Notes: generated by a model not told the origin, from the sequence alone. DNA of 64,000 nt from Octopus sinensis (GCF_006345805.1 NC_043008.1:27652001-27716000), one strand, 5' to 3'; shown: positions 1-13,420, numbered from the stretch's first letter. Program-made: numbers and translations.

Positions 1-480
1 AGGTGTACTTGAAATTTACTATGCTGATGAATAGCACAAATATCTACCGTATTGATGATTGTTACAATTGTTATCCAAACATAAGAAACATACAGATTTA
101 AGCCAGTACTTCAGGCATTTTATATTAAGGCATGTATGTTGCATGTGAGTACGTATTTTTTAAAGACATTTCCGGTAGAAATGAGTAGTTAGCTATGAAG
201 ACAAAATATCGCTAACAGAACAATGGTGACTAAAAAAACGGAAAAGATCATGAGAAGTTTTAATCAAAGCAGTTTAGATCAGAGACCAAATTGAATAAAC
301 TACATCAAAGAGACCACCTTAGATTCCTCAAGATCCCATGACTTTCAACCTAAAAATTCTGACTACTGATTTATTCCCTTGGATTGCTATTTTCCAATCT
401 AACATCGTAAATCGCCTCTATGTGCTGCTGCCTAATTCATTGTTTCTCAACAGAATGCGTACTTCTACACAAATTAGTTG

Positions 481-483
<3 letters not shown>

Positions 484-523
<40 letters not shown>

Positions 524-660
524 TGGAGAGAGAGAGAGAGAAAAGGGAGAGAGAGAGAGAGAGAAAAGGGAGAGAGAGAGAGAGAAAAGGGAGAGAGAGA
601 GAGAAAGAAAGAGATACAGGGAGAAAGAAAATGAGAGAAAAAGAGACTGAAAGAGAGACC
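484..660. repeat. (GA)n microsatellite
   Basis: Direct GA dinucleotide run; explains the ER-repeat and SL-repeat ORFs at 420-742. Confidence 0.95.
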
Positions 661-1011
661 GACAAAGACATAAAACCCGCTTAAAGAATAACTGAGACAA
701 GATCAACGATTTGAAATGTGATATCAAACAGAAGAAAATCAAATTTTATTCGTGCTTATTCATCAACTGTAATCTGATATAATTCGTACGAAGTTCATGA
801 CGTTTTTTGTTCGCATCCAACAGTTAGATATGTATTAGAGGTTGCATAGGCTATGTCAAATGTTGATTTGAAAGGATATAAATTTTAAGATATAGTTGCG
901 ACTGTAGGTGGAAAGCGTACGTTTTAAAATAGATTTTTGTTTATCAATTTATTTATTTATTTATTTTCCTTATTATCATTATTATTGTTGTTGTTGTTAT
1001 TATTATTATTC

Positions 1012-2810
1012 CTTTGTAACACAGTGTATGTAAAAATGCACAGGTGTCTTTAGTCATCTGTCAAGTCACGACAAGGAACTCAGATAATAATTTCCGTAAG
1101 ATGGGAGCTGTGCACAATAATGCTGTGTTTTGCAAGATGTCAATCTTGCATGGGATTTCCAGATGCCTTTAGAAGTTTCGAAGCTTCAATGGGATTGAGC
1201 CCAACGCTCCGATCACCACTGGTATCACTTTTACATTACCCTCTCTCATTCCATACAGTTTTGCTATTTCCACTCCCAATTCGGAGAACTTGGAGATTTA
1301 TTTCAACCTATTTTCTCCCAACCATTCATGTCATTTGGTATGGCTACATCTATGATCTAAGAGTATTTGTGTCACTTACTCAATATGACAATATCCGGTC
1401 GACAGTGTTCTATTATAGAATCCGTCTGAAAATCTCTGTCCCAGAGTAGCCATTACTTTCCCATCCTCCTGCATAAATTTACTTAAACATGATCATACCA
1501 GTTCTTTGTTACATCATATTGGTATTTACGGCATAACATCCAATGAAGGTACATACTTTATCGTGGCAGCGCTGGTATTCTTTTTATGCAAATCTCTCAT
1601 ATCTACGTACCCAGAGGGTCATATTTTTCCACACTCATTCCCCTGAGTTTGCACTCTTGGGTGTCAGAATTTTTATAGATGTTATATTTCACTGAATCGG
1701 TAGCGGAAGTCTGGTCTTGAACAGCAAAGATCATGCTTTCGGTGGTGCGCTTCAAATCATCTCGCTCTAGTCATGTCTACGATGCTGTATTATTAACGCC
1801 TTGTGTATTCCTTTCAAACTGTCCATGCATTCTCACGTCAAGAAGGTCTTCTTTGTCTTCTCAGCTTTATGGTTAAACTCTTGCTTGCACATCATTTTAT
1901 CTGCATTTACACCCATATCTTTTGCGGCATATTGCAACGGGTCTTCATCACTAATCATCAAATACTCGGCAAGTGTATACCCCTTAGACAATGGCCTATA
2001 ATAATTAGTCCTCTGTCACCATTCTTTCTTTTCATATACTGTCTGTTAACGTTTGCCTTAAGGTGTAGCACTTCATCCAGGGTCATCAACTTTCTTGCCC
2101 AGTGTTGATATTTGCTCCTTAGTCCATTTCAGGATTGACGCACTATATCTGACAACCGCAACTACCCAGATATTCATTGCGGTAATCAAATTTCGCGTAT
2201 TCAGGTTGGATTTCAGCAACATCTTCAACCTTTTTTGATTCGCCTCGTTTAGCTCGATTTTCATTTCTCTGTGAAGAATGTCGTCAAGCTCCGAATTCCC
2301 TAAATATCTATACCGACTACCGTTAGGTTCACCCATAGCCTCTCCTGATGGTAACCCCAATCATCTGCAGGCTGCTTTCTTCTCTCTTTTCATGTTAAGT
2401 ACTAAGCATTTAGTAAATCCAAATTCCATAACAATGCCCCTACCACACTTCTGGACTATTTTGGTCGAGAAATGTATCTGTTTTTCAGATTTCCCAAACA
2501 TTTCAAATCACCAATAAGCAGAAGATGGTTTAATGATGGGCATTTCTCCACACATCGGTAACCCAACTTAACTTTCCTACGCTATGGGTATTAGTGCAAT
2601 TACAGAAAGTAACGGAGGAAAAGAGACACCTTGGAAAATTCCCCTTTTAATATTTTTCTCCAAGGAATACATTACTCGAGTACAATTTGGTTTACCATTA
2701 TTTCATGCTATGCATCAGAAAATTTGTGATGTTGTCAGCTACACCAAGCATCTGCAGGCATTCAACGATCCAAGAATGAGGCATTATATATACTTTCTTA
2801 AAGTCAATCC
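1012..2810 (-). mobile_element. R4/Dong-type non-LTR retrotransposon, degraded 3' part (copy A)
   Basis: ORF 2073-2360 (YRYLG...KRLKMLLKSNLNTRNLITAMNIW...VVRYSASILKWT) is an RT thumb region. Minus-strand DVAIP and VKVIPVV motifs at ~1200-1360 resemble the restriction-like endonuclease. The 3' end abuts an (ATT/GTT)n run. Confidence 0.75.
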
Positions 2811-2814
2811 AAGC

Positions 2815-2872
<58 letters not shown>
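2815..2872. repeat. (TAT)n microsatellite separating two R4/Dong copies
   Basis: Direct repeat run. Confidence 0.95.
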
Positions 2873-5450
2873 GCCTTTGTACTGCTTCTAACGCTGGAGA
2901 TGTAACACGGTGTCAGCTGTTCACTACCATTGAACTAAGGTAACACCTCTTATTTTTCGAGCACCTTCCAGAGTATTCGAGCGGTTTCAAGCAGTGCAGT
3001 TTTCTGCATGTTTTCTACCCTTATTGCAGCCCCTATTTCGTCCATGTACTTCTCGAGATTTTTATTCACTCTTCCCAGGTCTCCAATAATTATTGGTACC
3101 ACTGCCACCGTTTCCATCGACCACAACTGCTTTACGTCCCAAGCTAAACTGTCATATGTATCGAGCTTTCTTCCTTCCTTATCGCAAACATTGTTCTCAG
3201 CTGGACATGCTATAACTATGATCCAGCATAGTTTGCTTTCTTTCTCAATTAAGACTATATCTGGCTTTCTCTTCTCTATCTCATGGCCGCACTGTTTCAT
3301 AAAATCCCACAGGATCTTTGCATTATGTTTTTCGATGATGCTTCGCGAATTGTGGTCGTAAGGACTTTTTGCTCTGTGAAGTTCATTCTTGTTGCAAAGT
3401 GTCCAATGGACAAGCTTGGGTATATGGTCATGGCGACTCTTATATTCCTTCTTGGCTAGTGGCATACATTGGCTGGTAATATGCCATTCGGTTGACCGTT
3501 TTGTCCACAGATTCTGCAATTAGCACTGTCTGATGTGTTGTCTATTCTGTCTGTTATGTAGTTTGTTCTTAGTGCTTGCTCTTGTGTTATTCATCTTGTG
3601 CTCATTAGAGCCTCCGTTTCCGGTTTTAAATCCTTTTTAGTCATCCATAGCCATCTGTTCTCTCTGTCTGTCTTATCTTGAACATCCTTATGAAATTTTC
3701 CATGGATTATTTTCTTTACTTGTCTATTTTAAGTTTCAATCGTTTTCAATTGCTTGTATAGTGCTTTATCTTCGCAATCTTTCATCCTACATAAGCCTGA
3801 CCTTATTTCTTATAATAGTGGTTCTGTGACATTTTTCACATTCCATACTATGTTGTTTTCTTCTGCTCGAATGCTGTTACGCATCCAATAAGTCTTCTTC
3901 CCCCTCTTTTTCTTAGTGCATACAGTCTGTCTGTGTACCTTTTTGGGTGTACTGACCCATATCTAGTTAGCAACTTCCTTGTCTTTCTGTCTAAGCTGTT
4001 TAGTTCATCTACTGTTCATGCGATTACGCCTGCTCCATATCTAAGGATTGAAACCGCCCAGGTATTGATAGCTTCGACCTTATTCCGTTCGTTTAATTTC
4101 GACTTAAGGATCAGTCTCAGTCTGCGCAAGTACTCTACCTCAAATTATTCTTTCATTTTTTTTCTCCATATGTTTGTCCATTTCCGAAATCCCCATGTAC
4201 TTATAGCTCGTCTCTTCTACCTGCTTCATAACCTCCTCGACGGTATCCATAGACTGTCTATACATTTAATTTTGCCTCTCTGCAATTCTAACACACCACA
4301 CTTTCTCAGTCCGAACTCCATCCTTACATCAACACTGAAAGTAAAACACCGTATCAACGAGGGAACTGACTTGGGCTTCATCTTCTCTATTAAGTTTGAG
4401 GTCATCCTTGGATAACAAATGGTTGCTGGCGGCTTTTGAATACATACCCAGCTTTTGCTTTCCTCAGTATCAGTGTTAGTGCTAACAAGCACAGTGCAAA
4501 CCTCAATGAGGACAGGAAGTTCCTTGGAAGAAGCCTCTCCTAATTTCTACTGTCCCTAAACTTCTTCCGTATGCTGTCAGGTCCATCATCGAATTCACCA
4601 TGTTTGCTTTTTCCAAGCAATCACTGAACATTCGATGCAATCCCAAACAGGTTCATACACTTCATAATCCAAGAATGTGGGATCACATCATACGCCTTAC
4701 GATAGTCGATCCATGACATGGCTAAGATGGTTTTCCTCCTCTTGCAATCTCTGAGTGCAGTTTTATCTATTAGGAGTTGATCCTTGGTACATCTTCACTC
4801 ACGCTTGCTACCCTTGTGCTCATGTGGCAGGATTCCATTTTTTCTAGATGTTTGTAGATTGACTCTGCGAATATTCCAGTCAATAACTTCCACATAAGTG
4901 GCAAGCAAGTTATCGGCGCGTAATTGCTTACCATATTGCCTTTTTCGATGTTTTTCAGGCACAGTAATGTCCTACCCAATGTCAACCACTTTAGTGTTAT
5001 TTAGTTGGCATTTAACAATATGTTGAGATGCGCAGCTATTCGTGCACGACATTCTTTAAATATTTTGGTCCCGGACCTTACAGTTGCTCATTATTTTGCT
5101 GATTTCCTTCGCTCCCCTAACTGAAATAACAAGTTCTGCCAGTTTTTGACAGACTTCATTTTGCTTCATTTTTTACAACCATTCAAAATCCTTCTTATGA
5201 TCCTTGTCTTTGCCCCAGATGTCACTCCAAAACCTTTGACTTTCATTGTTATCTGCTATCAACTTTTTATCTGTACACCCAACATTTATTTCTTTATAGA
5301 ATCTCTTCTGATCTACTTTGAATAACCTATTCTGGTGGTAACCCAACATTCTTGGTCGCATCTTACCATCTTTCCATTCTTTGCAACGAGACACTGTTTT
5401 ATTTCCTCCACTACTACTTTCAGGCCCTTTCTTTTAATATCATACTTCGT
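2873..5450 (-). mobile_element. R4/Dong-type non-LTR retrotransposon (copy B), RT plus zinc finger plus restriction-like endonuclease, frameshifted
   Basis: ORF pieces QNRLFKVDQKRFY...RFWSDIW (5173-5394), GRTLL...[16 protein letters not shown] (4770-4985), [13 protein letters not shown] (~4690-4730), DVRMEFGLRKC (4226-4492) and the C-terminal piece 2950-3519. Confidence 0.9.
2950..3519 (-). pseudogene. C-terminal zinc finger remnant and restriction-like endonuclease of the R4/Dong ORF
   Basis: HITSQC..LAKKEY..RHD, ILWDF, RKPDIVLIEK, IACP, VVPIIIG.LG, QKTALLETARIL motifs. Confidence 0.88.
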
Positions 5451-5574
5451 ATTTGGCGCCCTGTATTTTTGTTCGCTTTGAAGGTCTCCTTTCTCATTTC
5501 AGTCTAACACAGATATTTCCTTCGAGAGCATGTCTAACCCTGCCTGGATCTTTTCTTGTGTCACTCCCAGTATG

Positions 5575-5767
5575 TTTCTTCTTCTTCTTCTTCTTCTTCT
5601 TCTTCTTCTTCTTCTTCTTCTTCTTCTTCTTCTTCTTCTTCTTCTTCTTCTTCTTCTTCTTCTTCTTCTTCTTCTTCTTCTTCTTCTTCTTCTTCTTCTT
5701 CTTCTTCTTCTTCTCCTTCTACTTCTTCTACTTCTTCACCTTATCATCGTCGTCGTCATCACCATCA

Positions 5768-5841
<74 letters not shown>
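5575..5841. repeat. Compound (CTT)n/(CAT)n/(ATT)n microsatellite
   Basis: Direct repeat runs; source of the poly-F/L/S/Y/I ORFs. Confidence 0.95.
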
Positions 5842-5845
<4 letters not shown>

Positions 5846-5916
5846 TCACTACCTGGATTCGAACTCGAAATCTTGGGATTGGTAGCCCATGCTCTTAACC
5901 ACTACGCTATATGCCC
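5842..5916 (-). mobile_element. tRNA-like Pol III head (SINE-type), associated with a PLE pLTR
   Basis: Minus strand GGGCATATAGCGTAGTGGTTAAGAGC...GAGTTCGAATCCAGG has A-box and B-box matches, a degenerate acceptor stem, and is followed by (AAT)n. A related partial copy lies at 8716-8758. Confidence 0.8.
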
Positions 5917-5917
5917 A

Positions 5918-6040
5918 CACCAGGTTCGAAATTTCCCCAAGATACCTGATGAAGTCTGGAGGGTTTATTAGCCGAAACTTTGTGTTAAAAACGAACAAGA
6001 TGAGGACGAATATCTGTCAAATGTATATAATGTAAATACT
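5918..6040 (+). mobile_element. PLE pLTR tail with hammerhead-like core
   Basis: CTGATGA (5946-5952)-A-GTCTG-loop-TAGCC-GAAAC. The same tail occurs at 8548-8690 (minus) and 9730-9790 (plus). Confidence 0.6.
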
Positions 6041-6044
6041 GTAG

Positions 6045-6950
6045 CCCCTCTTGTTTCGTACTGTAGCACTGTCTGTCATTTTGTCATGGCGTGTTATATA
6101 TATTTTATGATTATTGGCCCTATATTGTTAATTACTATTGTTTCTAGTTTCCGTGTGTGAGTAATTCTATCAAAAGCCTTTCGTTAATCGATCCAGGCCA
6201 TATTTAAACCATTCTTCTTCCTGCAGCTGTTTCAGTTATGGTTTTATTGATCAGTAGCTGAGCTTTACAGCCGTGCCGTATGATCCCTTGCAGCTCATAC
6301 GCTCTTCTGAAACTGGTTTTCTTCCAGATGCTTGCTTATTATCTGCGATATTATTGCTCTAAATGCTTTTTAAATTTTAGGGAGACAAGTTATCGGTCTG
6401 TAAATCTGTGTGTTTGCCGTTTGAGTGGATTTGAGAATTAGGATAGTTTGTCCTTCCGTGAGCCATTGAGGCGTTGTCTCTTGCTCTGCTCGTATTTCAT
6501 TAAATTTCTCAGTCAGCTTTTTATGTGTTCCTCTCAGGTATTTTAACTAGAAGTTGAGAATATTATTGTGACTGGGTGACTTACAGTTGCTTAGGATTTG
6601 CAGTGCCTGTGTGACCTCTTCAGTTGTTATAGGGCTCCAAATTTGTTCAGGTGCTTAGTTTGTTGATTTGATAGACCTTTTCAAAGGTTCTTCTTTCGCC
6701 GCCCATATTTCTGTCCAAAATTCTTCCACTTCTGCTGTTGGTACTGCATTGATCTCCATTTTATTTTTGCCAAGCTCTTGGTAGAATCTTTTGGGGTGGG
6801 ATTTGAACTGTTTACTTTGTTCAAAGAAACGTTGGCGTTTCTCATACAGGTGGGGTCTCTTTGCTTTGGCGAGGATATCTTGCTTTAGCTGTTCTTTACC
6901 TCATTGTTATTATTATTGATTCAGAGAGCAGTGAATGCCCGGAAAGTGAC
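6045..6950 (-). mobile_element. R4/Dong-type RT N-terminal fragment (copy C)
   Basis: Minus-strand translation by eye gives FEQSKQFKSHPKRFY, YRPITCLP and GLNMAWID*RKAFDRI. Flanked by (TAT)n at 6955. Confidence 0.75.
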
Positions 6951-6951
6951 A

Positions 6952-6997
<46 letters not shown>

Positions 6998-8547
6998 GTT
7001 GTTGTTGTTGTTGTTGTTATTATTAGTTTTATTAATGAATATTCGACGAACAGGGTGTGACAATTATAGAAACAGTGCAAGACAATTAAACTTAATTGGT
7101 ACTAGAATACTCTTGAGGCATGAATTTCTGTCCAAATATTGCAAGCACAGGAATAAAATAATCGTTTGTAATGAAGACGAACTGCAGTTAATGCAACGTT
7201 TCAGAGAGTAAAAAGTTAACTCCTCTTATGTTATTAATATGGGAACTAAGATGGTTAGATGATAATAACTATTACCGTCTGTATGATTTAATGACAATAT
7301 GAATCCAATTAGAAATATCAGTGGGGAAAAAACTTTGCTGCTTGTATTACGAAATATACTTCCATCAAACTTTGCTTAAACGCAATTTATAATGTAAATT
7401 GAAGGAAGCTAACATATTAATGGGTTTCAAAATAGCTGACTATCTGATTTAAAAGCCCCTTCCTTTAATAAACGTGTTTGTAAAGTAAGAAACATACCAT
7501 AACTTTTTGAATATTCTCAGCAGTTAAATGAGTCCTCCTTAACGGAAAAGATCATTTTTGAATAGAGATTTTTCTTTAGTGTTCTATACTACCTGCGATA
7601 ATATTCGCGGTGGTCGCTTCGTCGAAAATGCTACTTTTCTTTTGCATTTGTTCTCTTTCTCCTACTTTTGATACAGTTGCCTTCATACAGTTTCTGTTTA
7701 AAGAGAGAGAGATTCATAAATATATAATTATTCAAGATATAAAAATGCATCATTGCATTTTCCGTAATGTGTCGGTGTGACACAACACTGAATTCGTGCT
7801 TTTTGAACGGTAGCTTAATGTTTGAAGACACCGAAATACGGAAGCTGTCTTCCTTACAAGCCCAAACTTATGTTGCATAAAATAATATCCTTCACTGGTT
7901 TACATTAGATATCATATCTGCAACTAATAGCATCCTCATAATTGTCACAACTTGCAAATAACTTCGGATACACCATATGCAACTTTTGATGGTCTTTTAT
8001 TATGCAATAGTTAAAATAGTTTGAAATATGGAAAATAAATATGTTCCAATGTACAGAGACCGTGTCCTATTTCAGAAAGTGGACAACATTAAGCAGAAAT
8101 AATTTTAGACACTTAGTCATCAGAATACTGAGCATATTTACTTTTTCGAAAAGTGTAATTCGAATTCATAGTAATACTAACATTCTAGCAAGGTTTTATT
8201 CAACGAATGCTATTACAATCTAATATTAGGTTTCTTTAATGCAGAAAAGTCGCTACACAAATGCCACATTACATTAAAGAGAGATAGTAGAAACATAGGA
8301 TGCAGGGAATGTCAGTGAACAGTAACGGCAGGTATCTTCCTTCAGACAGAGAATATCATTAAATATATGTGTGAAATATTTCAAACTATACAGTCTGTGT
8401 TAGATAATGTGTTAGCTGAGGTGAAATAACAGTCCAGCCTCCTGCAGATCTCACTTTAAGCTTTCGGATGAGAATACATTATACATGTAGAATGGTTACC
8501 ATGCACAAACAGAAATGGACAATGTCGGAACAATTTTAATGTACTAT

Positions 8548-9790
8548 ACAGTTCTATATTTAAGCGACGAGGAATTATGTTCATTATTTATATTATTTAC
8601 ATTTTCACGGATTTTGTCCTCATCTTGTTTGTTGTTATACCTGATATATCCGCCAGCCTTCAGCAGGTGGCTTGGGAAAATTTCGAGCCTGGGTTACTGT
8701 TGTTATTATTATTATTCGGGTTAGTAGCCTGCGCTCTTAACCACTACGCCACATGCCCGTTGACAATTATGGAGTGAATATTTGGGCTTATAAATCTAAT
8801 ATTCTCCTATCCTTCCTTAATACCGGTTCTCATATGCTATTTATTCGGTCTGCTTAGGAGGTTGTTGTGTCCTAGCATATGTGCTGCTTCTTTTAGTTTC
8901 CGTATTTTCCAGTGGTGTCTTCTGTCTATTATTTTAAGTTCATCTCACAGGGGGAAGAGGTCTCCATTTTTCCATATATGATCAGCTATACCTGATTTAT
9001 CAATATCTCCTCGTGTCAAAGTTTTGTGATGTTCTTCTAACCTTATTTTGAGGGTGCAGCATGTTTCGCCTTTGTATAACCTACCACAGCTGCATGGGAT
9101 GGAGTACACGCAGTTATTGGTTATATTCTTTAATATTGGTGGTTTTACTCGAACGAGATATTTGCAAAGTGTTGTATTAATTTTGAATACTGTCCTAATG
9201 TCATATGCGCTGTATATCTTTTCTATCATTTTGGAGAGGGTAGACAGACTGTGGACAGTTTATTGGTTTCATGATTTCTTTTTTTCATAATTGGAGTGGA
9301 AAGTATGTTTTGGGGGTTGTTGTTGCTTAATGGATTGTTACTGAGCTTGATAATTTCTTCGTGGTGCGTATCACGATCGCTGCTTATATTCTTTGCTCGA
9401 TGTTTTAGATACTGAACAATCCTTCTCTCTACACTATATGGATGTTGGGAGTTGAAGTTAAAGTATCGTTCAGTGAAGGTCAGCTTGCGGTATATGGATG
9501 TCTTGAATCCATACTTGGTGGATGTTATTAATACGTCTAGGAATGCTTGGCGATTGTCTTTTTATTTTCCCATTGTGAACTGTATGGATGGCTTTATTAA
9601 GTTCACATGATCTAACAGCACTTGGACATATTCCTGGTGGGCCAGAGCATGAAGGTGTCATCAAAATATCGCAACCATAATAATAATAATAATAACAACA
9701 ACATCGAAAAATACCTTAGTAATGAGAGCCCAGGTTCGTAATTTCCCCAAGAGGCTGGAGGGTATATCTGTCAAAAGGTAAATAAGGTAA
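8548..9790 (-). mobile_element. 5'-truncated Penelope-like element (GIY-YIG endonuclease plus pLTR, inverted pLTR piece at 5' end)
   Basis: ORF 8945-9229 CVYSIPCSCGRLYKGET..TLKIRLEEH...SGIADH is a GIY-YIG domain, continuing as KEAAHML. Downstream are a tRNA-like segment, (AAT)n and the hammerhead-like tail. An inverted tail copy lies at 9680-9790. Confidence 0.85.
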
Positions 9791-10149
9791 ATAATTTTGA
9801 TGTAATCTTTGAGAAATGGCTTAAACTAAAGAATTAAAAAAGTAAAATGAATAAAGCAAGAACACAAAACAACAGCAAATATGTTGCACATAAGGTACAT
9901 ATATTTCCCTACACGTTTACAGTACTTATACATTATAGATTTTCAAAATGCCATTTATGTCAATGGATGAACGCTAATCACAAAATCAAAACGTCTATAA
10001 TAAACTTTAGAAGGAATTTCACAGTCTAAGTCTGAATTAGGAAAGACAAAGTAAAACTAGGTGATTGTTCCGTCTTCTAAACAAGATCTATGGATGAAGG
10101 CTGTTTTGAATCATGCATAGAAACGCGTTCAGGACAAATAAGAACTTTT

Positions 10150-12110
10150 ATTACATATAGTCCAACATATCCAAACACACATACACTAACAAACACATCC
10201 GATCAAAGCAAAGGCTTGCACGTGCAATTAACGAACAAGTGGCTAAACGCTCTATAAAACGACGAGTTGTAACCCCTGCTGCAAACGTTGCCTGACGACA
10301 CTCCGATTGCCAAGTGCCTAACTTCGGTCTACGAGTAATCCATGGGTTCAGTTCACCAAAAGAGGTGAACCGCGGACCACTCTGACGAACGGAGATCATA
10401 CCTGCTCACTGTCCAGGAAGGGCCAGAGATGCCTCAGCCTCAGCGCATGCCTGCGCATTTTTAGCTACAACATACCTAGTCCAACCTTCAGCGGTTGTTG
10501 ACAGCAAATAGGGCGCCTTACAAGAGGCCCCTTGCCTCTCCACAAAAAGTGAAAGAGCATATGTTCCAAATTGTTCAGCCACAAATCTGGGGAAGGCACG
10601 ACGGTCAGGCGGTAGGTAATTACAGATGCGATAAACACACCTACAATCTCCACCCGCCTTTTCAGGGATAGCTTCCGCTCAGTTAAAAGAGCCACCCTGC
10701 TCGCCACCTTGCTCCAGTTCTTCTCTATCTGGAGATCTAATCCAAACCAGAGCCCTGTAGGTGTTCGATCCGAGATACGATGAAAGTGATGTCGTCATAA
10801 TACGTTGAAACCGATTCACCACACCACAGATCTCACGAGGTGGCTCTCATAGCCTTCAATTTTCGCAGCAATGGCTCGAGGACCAAATCATACGGAATTG
10901 GAGAGAGGACATCCTTCCTGTACCAAGGGCTCAATGAAGAAGTTTTCCAAAAAAAGAAACCGTTCACCTGAACGATCGAATTGATGTTGCTATATCAAGC
11001 GGTGATCCTCCCACAGAAGGTCGGCCCAAACCCGGCCGCTGCAAAGACTGACGCTAGATATTGATAGTCCTTCAAAGACCTTATTTTTGCATTATTTATC
11101 ACGTTGGCTTTCTAAAACACGGCCATATGTCCTATTGACACCCTCTCTTGAAAATGCATCCTTCGTTTTTAGCATTGAAATGTTGGTTGAACGCCAACCA
11201 CGCTGCTAGAACTCTGGATGCAGGGCCTCAATGCCTCTTCTAGAGCCTTAACTGAAGCCCTTTCTATTCTAATTATGTTTATATCTAGTTCCTTACTAAA
11301 TCTAATGGGCGGAAATGTAATGGTTCTTTTAAAGGCGTAACAACATTTGTTGTAAATAATGGTATTTTTAATGCCCTTATCACTAAATCCCTAACCCGTT
11401 CCTGTAGGCTTCACAGGTCAAAAGAAACCTATTTAGCTTTCAGTAACCAGGTCCCTGTCTACACATCCTATCTAAGTCAAACGTAGAGGTCACAAATTTG
11501 CGATCACTGTAATTCAGAAAACGATGTTGTGGACATCTAACTATGATCTTATCTTTAATTATAACAGTAATCTTGTCTAGATACGATCTAGAAGACCCAT
11601 CGTTATTCGCTCATGTCCACAATGGAAAATCCAGGTGATCCAGTCTGAATCGGTCTGCCAGCTGAATAGGACTTAGCAGACTGCTGAGGCAAGTGTTCCC
11701 CTTCCTGTCCGGATTGGAGCCAACACAACCTAAGTGTGCATCGAAGAATGTATCACAGTCTCCTACTAACACTAAAATGTGCGATGTTCTTAGAAAATTC
11801 TCTTTGCCCTGGTCCACAAGGAGTATAGACAGCCACCAACCTGAAGGATTAACGCTGCTGTACGTCACATTAAGTACGACCAACAAGCCTTTCGGGTCTA
11901 TAAAGACAATTCTTACTTCTAAATCCAAATTTCTCCCTAGGAGAATAGCGTCTCCTCCTCACCCTCCAGTTTGGCCTGAAAAATAAATTTCTTGTAGCCA
12001 TTTAGGAGAGTTGGAAAATCTACTCAGTCTGGTTTCATTAGTAACTACTAAATCCAGTCTTTGCGATCTGAGGTCATCAAGGAGTCTGTTTTGTATCCAA
12101 TACGACCCCA
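10150..12110 (-). mobile_element. Tx1/L1-clade LINE, degraded and internally deleted
   Basis: APE endonuclease pieces (LLDDLRSQRLDLVVTNETRL; LVLVGD...LADRFRLDH), RT motifs GCPLSP and YYDDIT (~10790-10930), and thumb LSLKRR...FLWRGK..VRR...PLKVGLG (10465-10707). Confidence 0.8.
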
Positions 12111-12870
12111 GGCTTGAGGTGAGGATGTGGGGGTAGGCGTGGGGCATGTTGGAGTGGGATGCGCTGAGTGGGTTGTGGATGGATGGGGTATCAAGGAATA
12201 GGGAAGCCGGTAAGATTGAAGAGAAGTAGGTGTTAGATGAAGAGAGGAGAGTGTGAGTCAAATGAAGAGGGAAGGAGAGTTGAGACCATGTAGCGCAAAG
12301 GGATCCTTTGAAGGCGAATGGGGTAGGTTAGGGAAGTTGTACTAGGTGCAAGGATCGGACTGGAGTCGCTGGATAGTGCAGGAGAATTCGAGGGCAGAAT
12401 GAAAGGATTGGGCAAAAGAGAGGAAGGAGTCTAATTGTTCACAGGAGAACGAGGTCGCACCGATACCGTTATCAATACGACAACCGTATTGTTCGGGGGT
12501 CGGACAAGTGAATCCTGAAAATATTTTGGCCTCAACGTAGTTCACATACGTAGTTCACAACGTAGTTCATAAGTTCACATAGTTGAGGGCCCATTCCGGT
12601 TCCCATGGAAACTCGTGAGACCTACTGGTAAAAATCTCCCGTGAACGAGTAGGAGTCGAAGAGAACAATTTCGGCCAGTCGAAGAAGTGTGGACGAGTCA
12701 GGTAGGGATATATGTCGAAGGTCTAGAAAGTGTTTGAGGGCAAGTAGTCTTTCGTTGTGTGCGATTACCATATACAGACACTTGATATCAAGAGTGAAGA
12801 GAAGTTTAGATGGGCAAGGCCTGAAACCAGAAGCTGGAATCATATCAGAGTAACTCACTCTAAAAGATTA
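12110..12870 (-). mobile_element. Penelope-like RT fragment (Neptune-like motifs)
   Basis: [24 protein letters not shown]...TLLRLAEIVL (12622-12858), VSMGT.MGP, and IDN.IGATS...EQLDSF.SFAQSFHSALEF (12342-12545). Confidence 0.8.
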
Positions 12871-12879
12871 TTTCTTCTT

Positions 12880-13420
<541 letters not shown>

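Noticed and set aside
420-742. ORFs rich in ER or SL repeats, and similar poly-L/I/Y/S/F and YI/CV ORFs throughout the window
   Set aside because: They are translations of microsatellites and carry no protein motifs.
5842-5916. Functional tRNA gene
   Set aside because: The acceptor stem does not pair properly, the anticodon arm is irregular, and it runs into (AAT)n; treated as SINE-like.
8395-8450. GGWTVI on the minus strand, resembling a fibrinogen-domain motif
   Set aside because: The QRR and downstream conserved residues are absent and the frame stops within ~18 codons.
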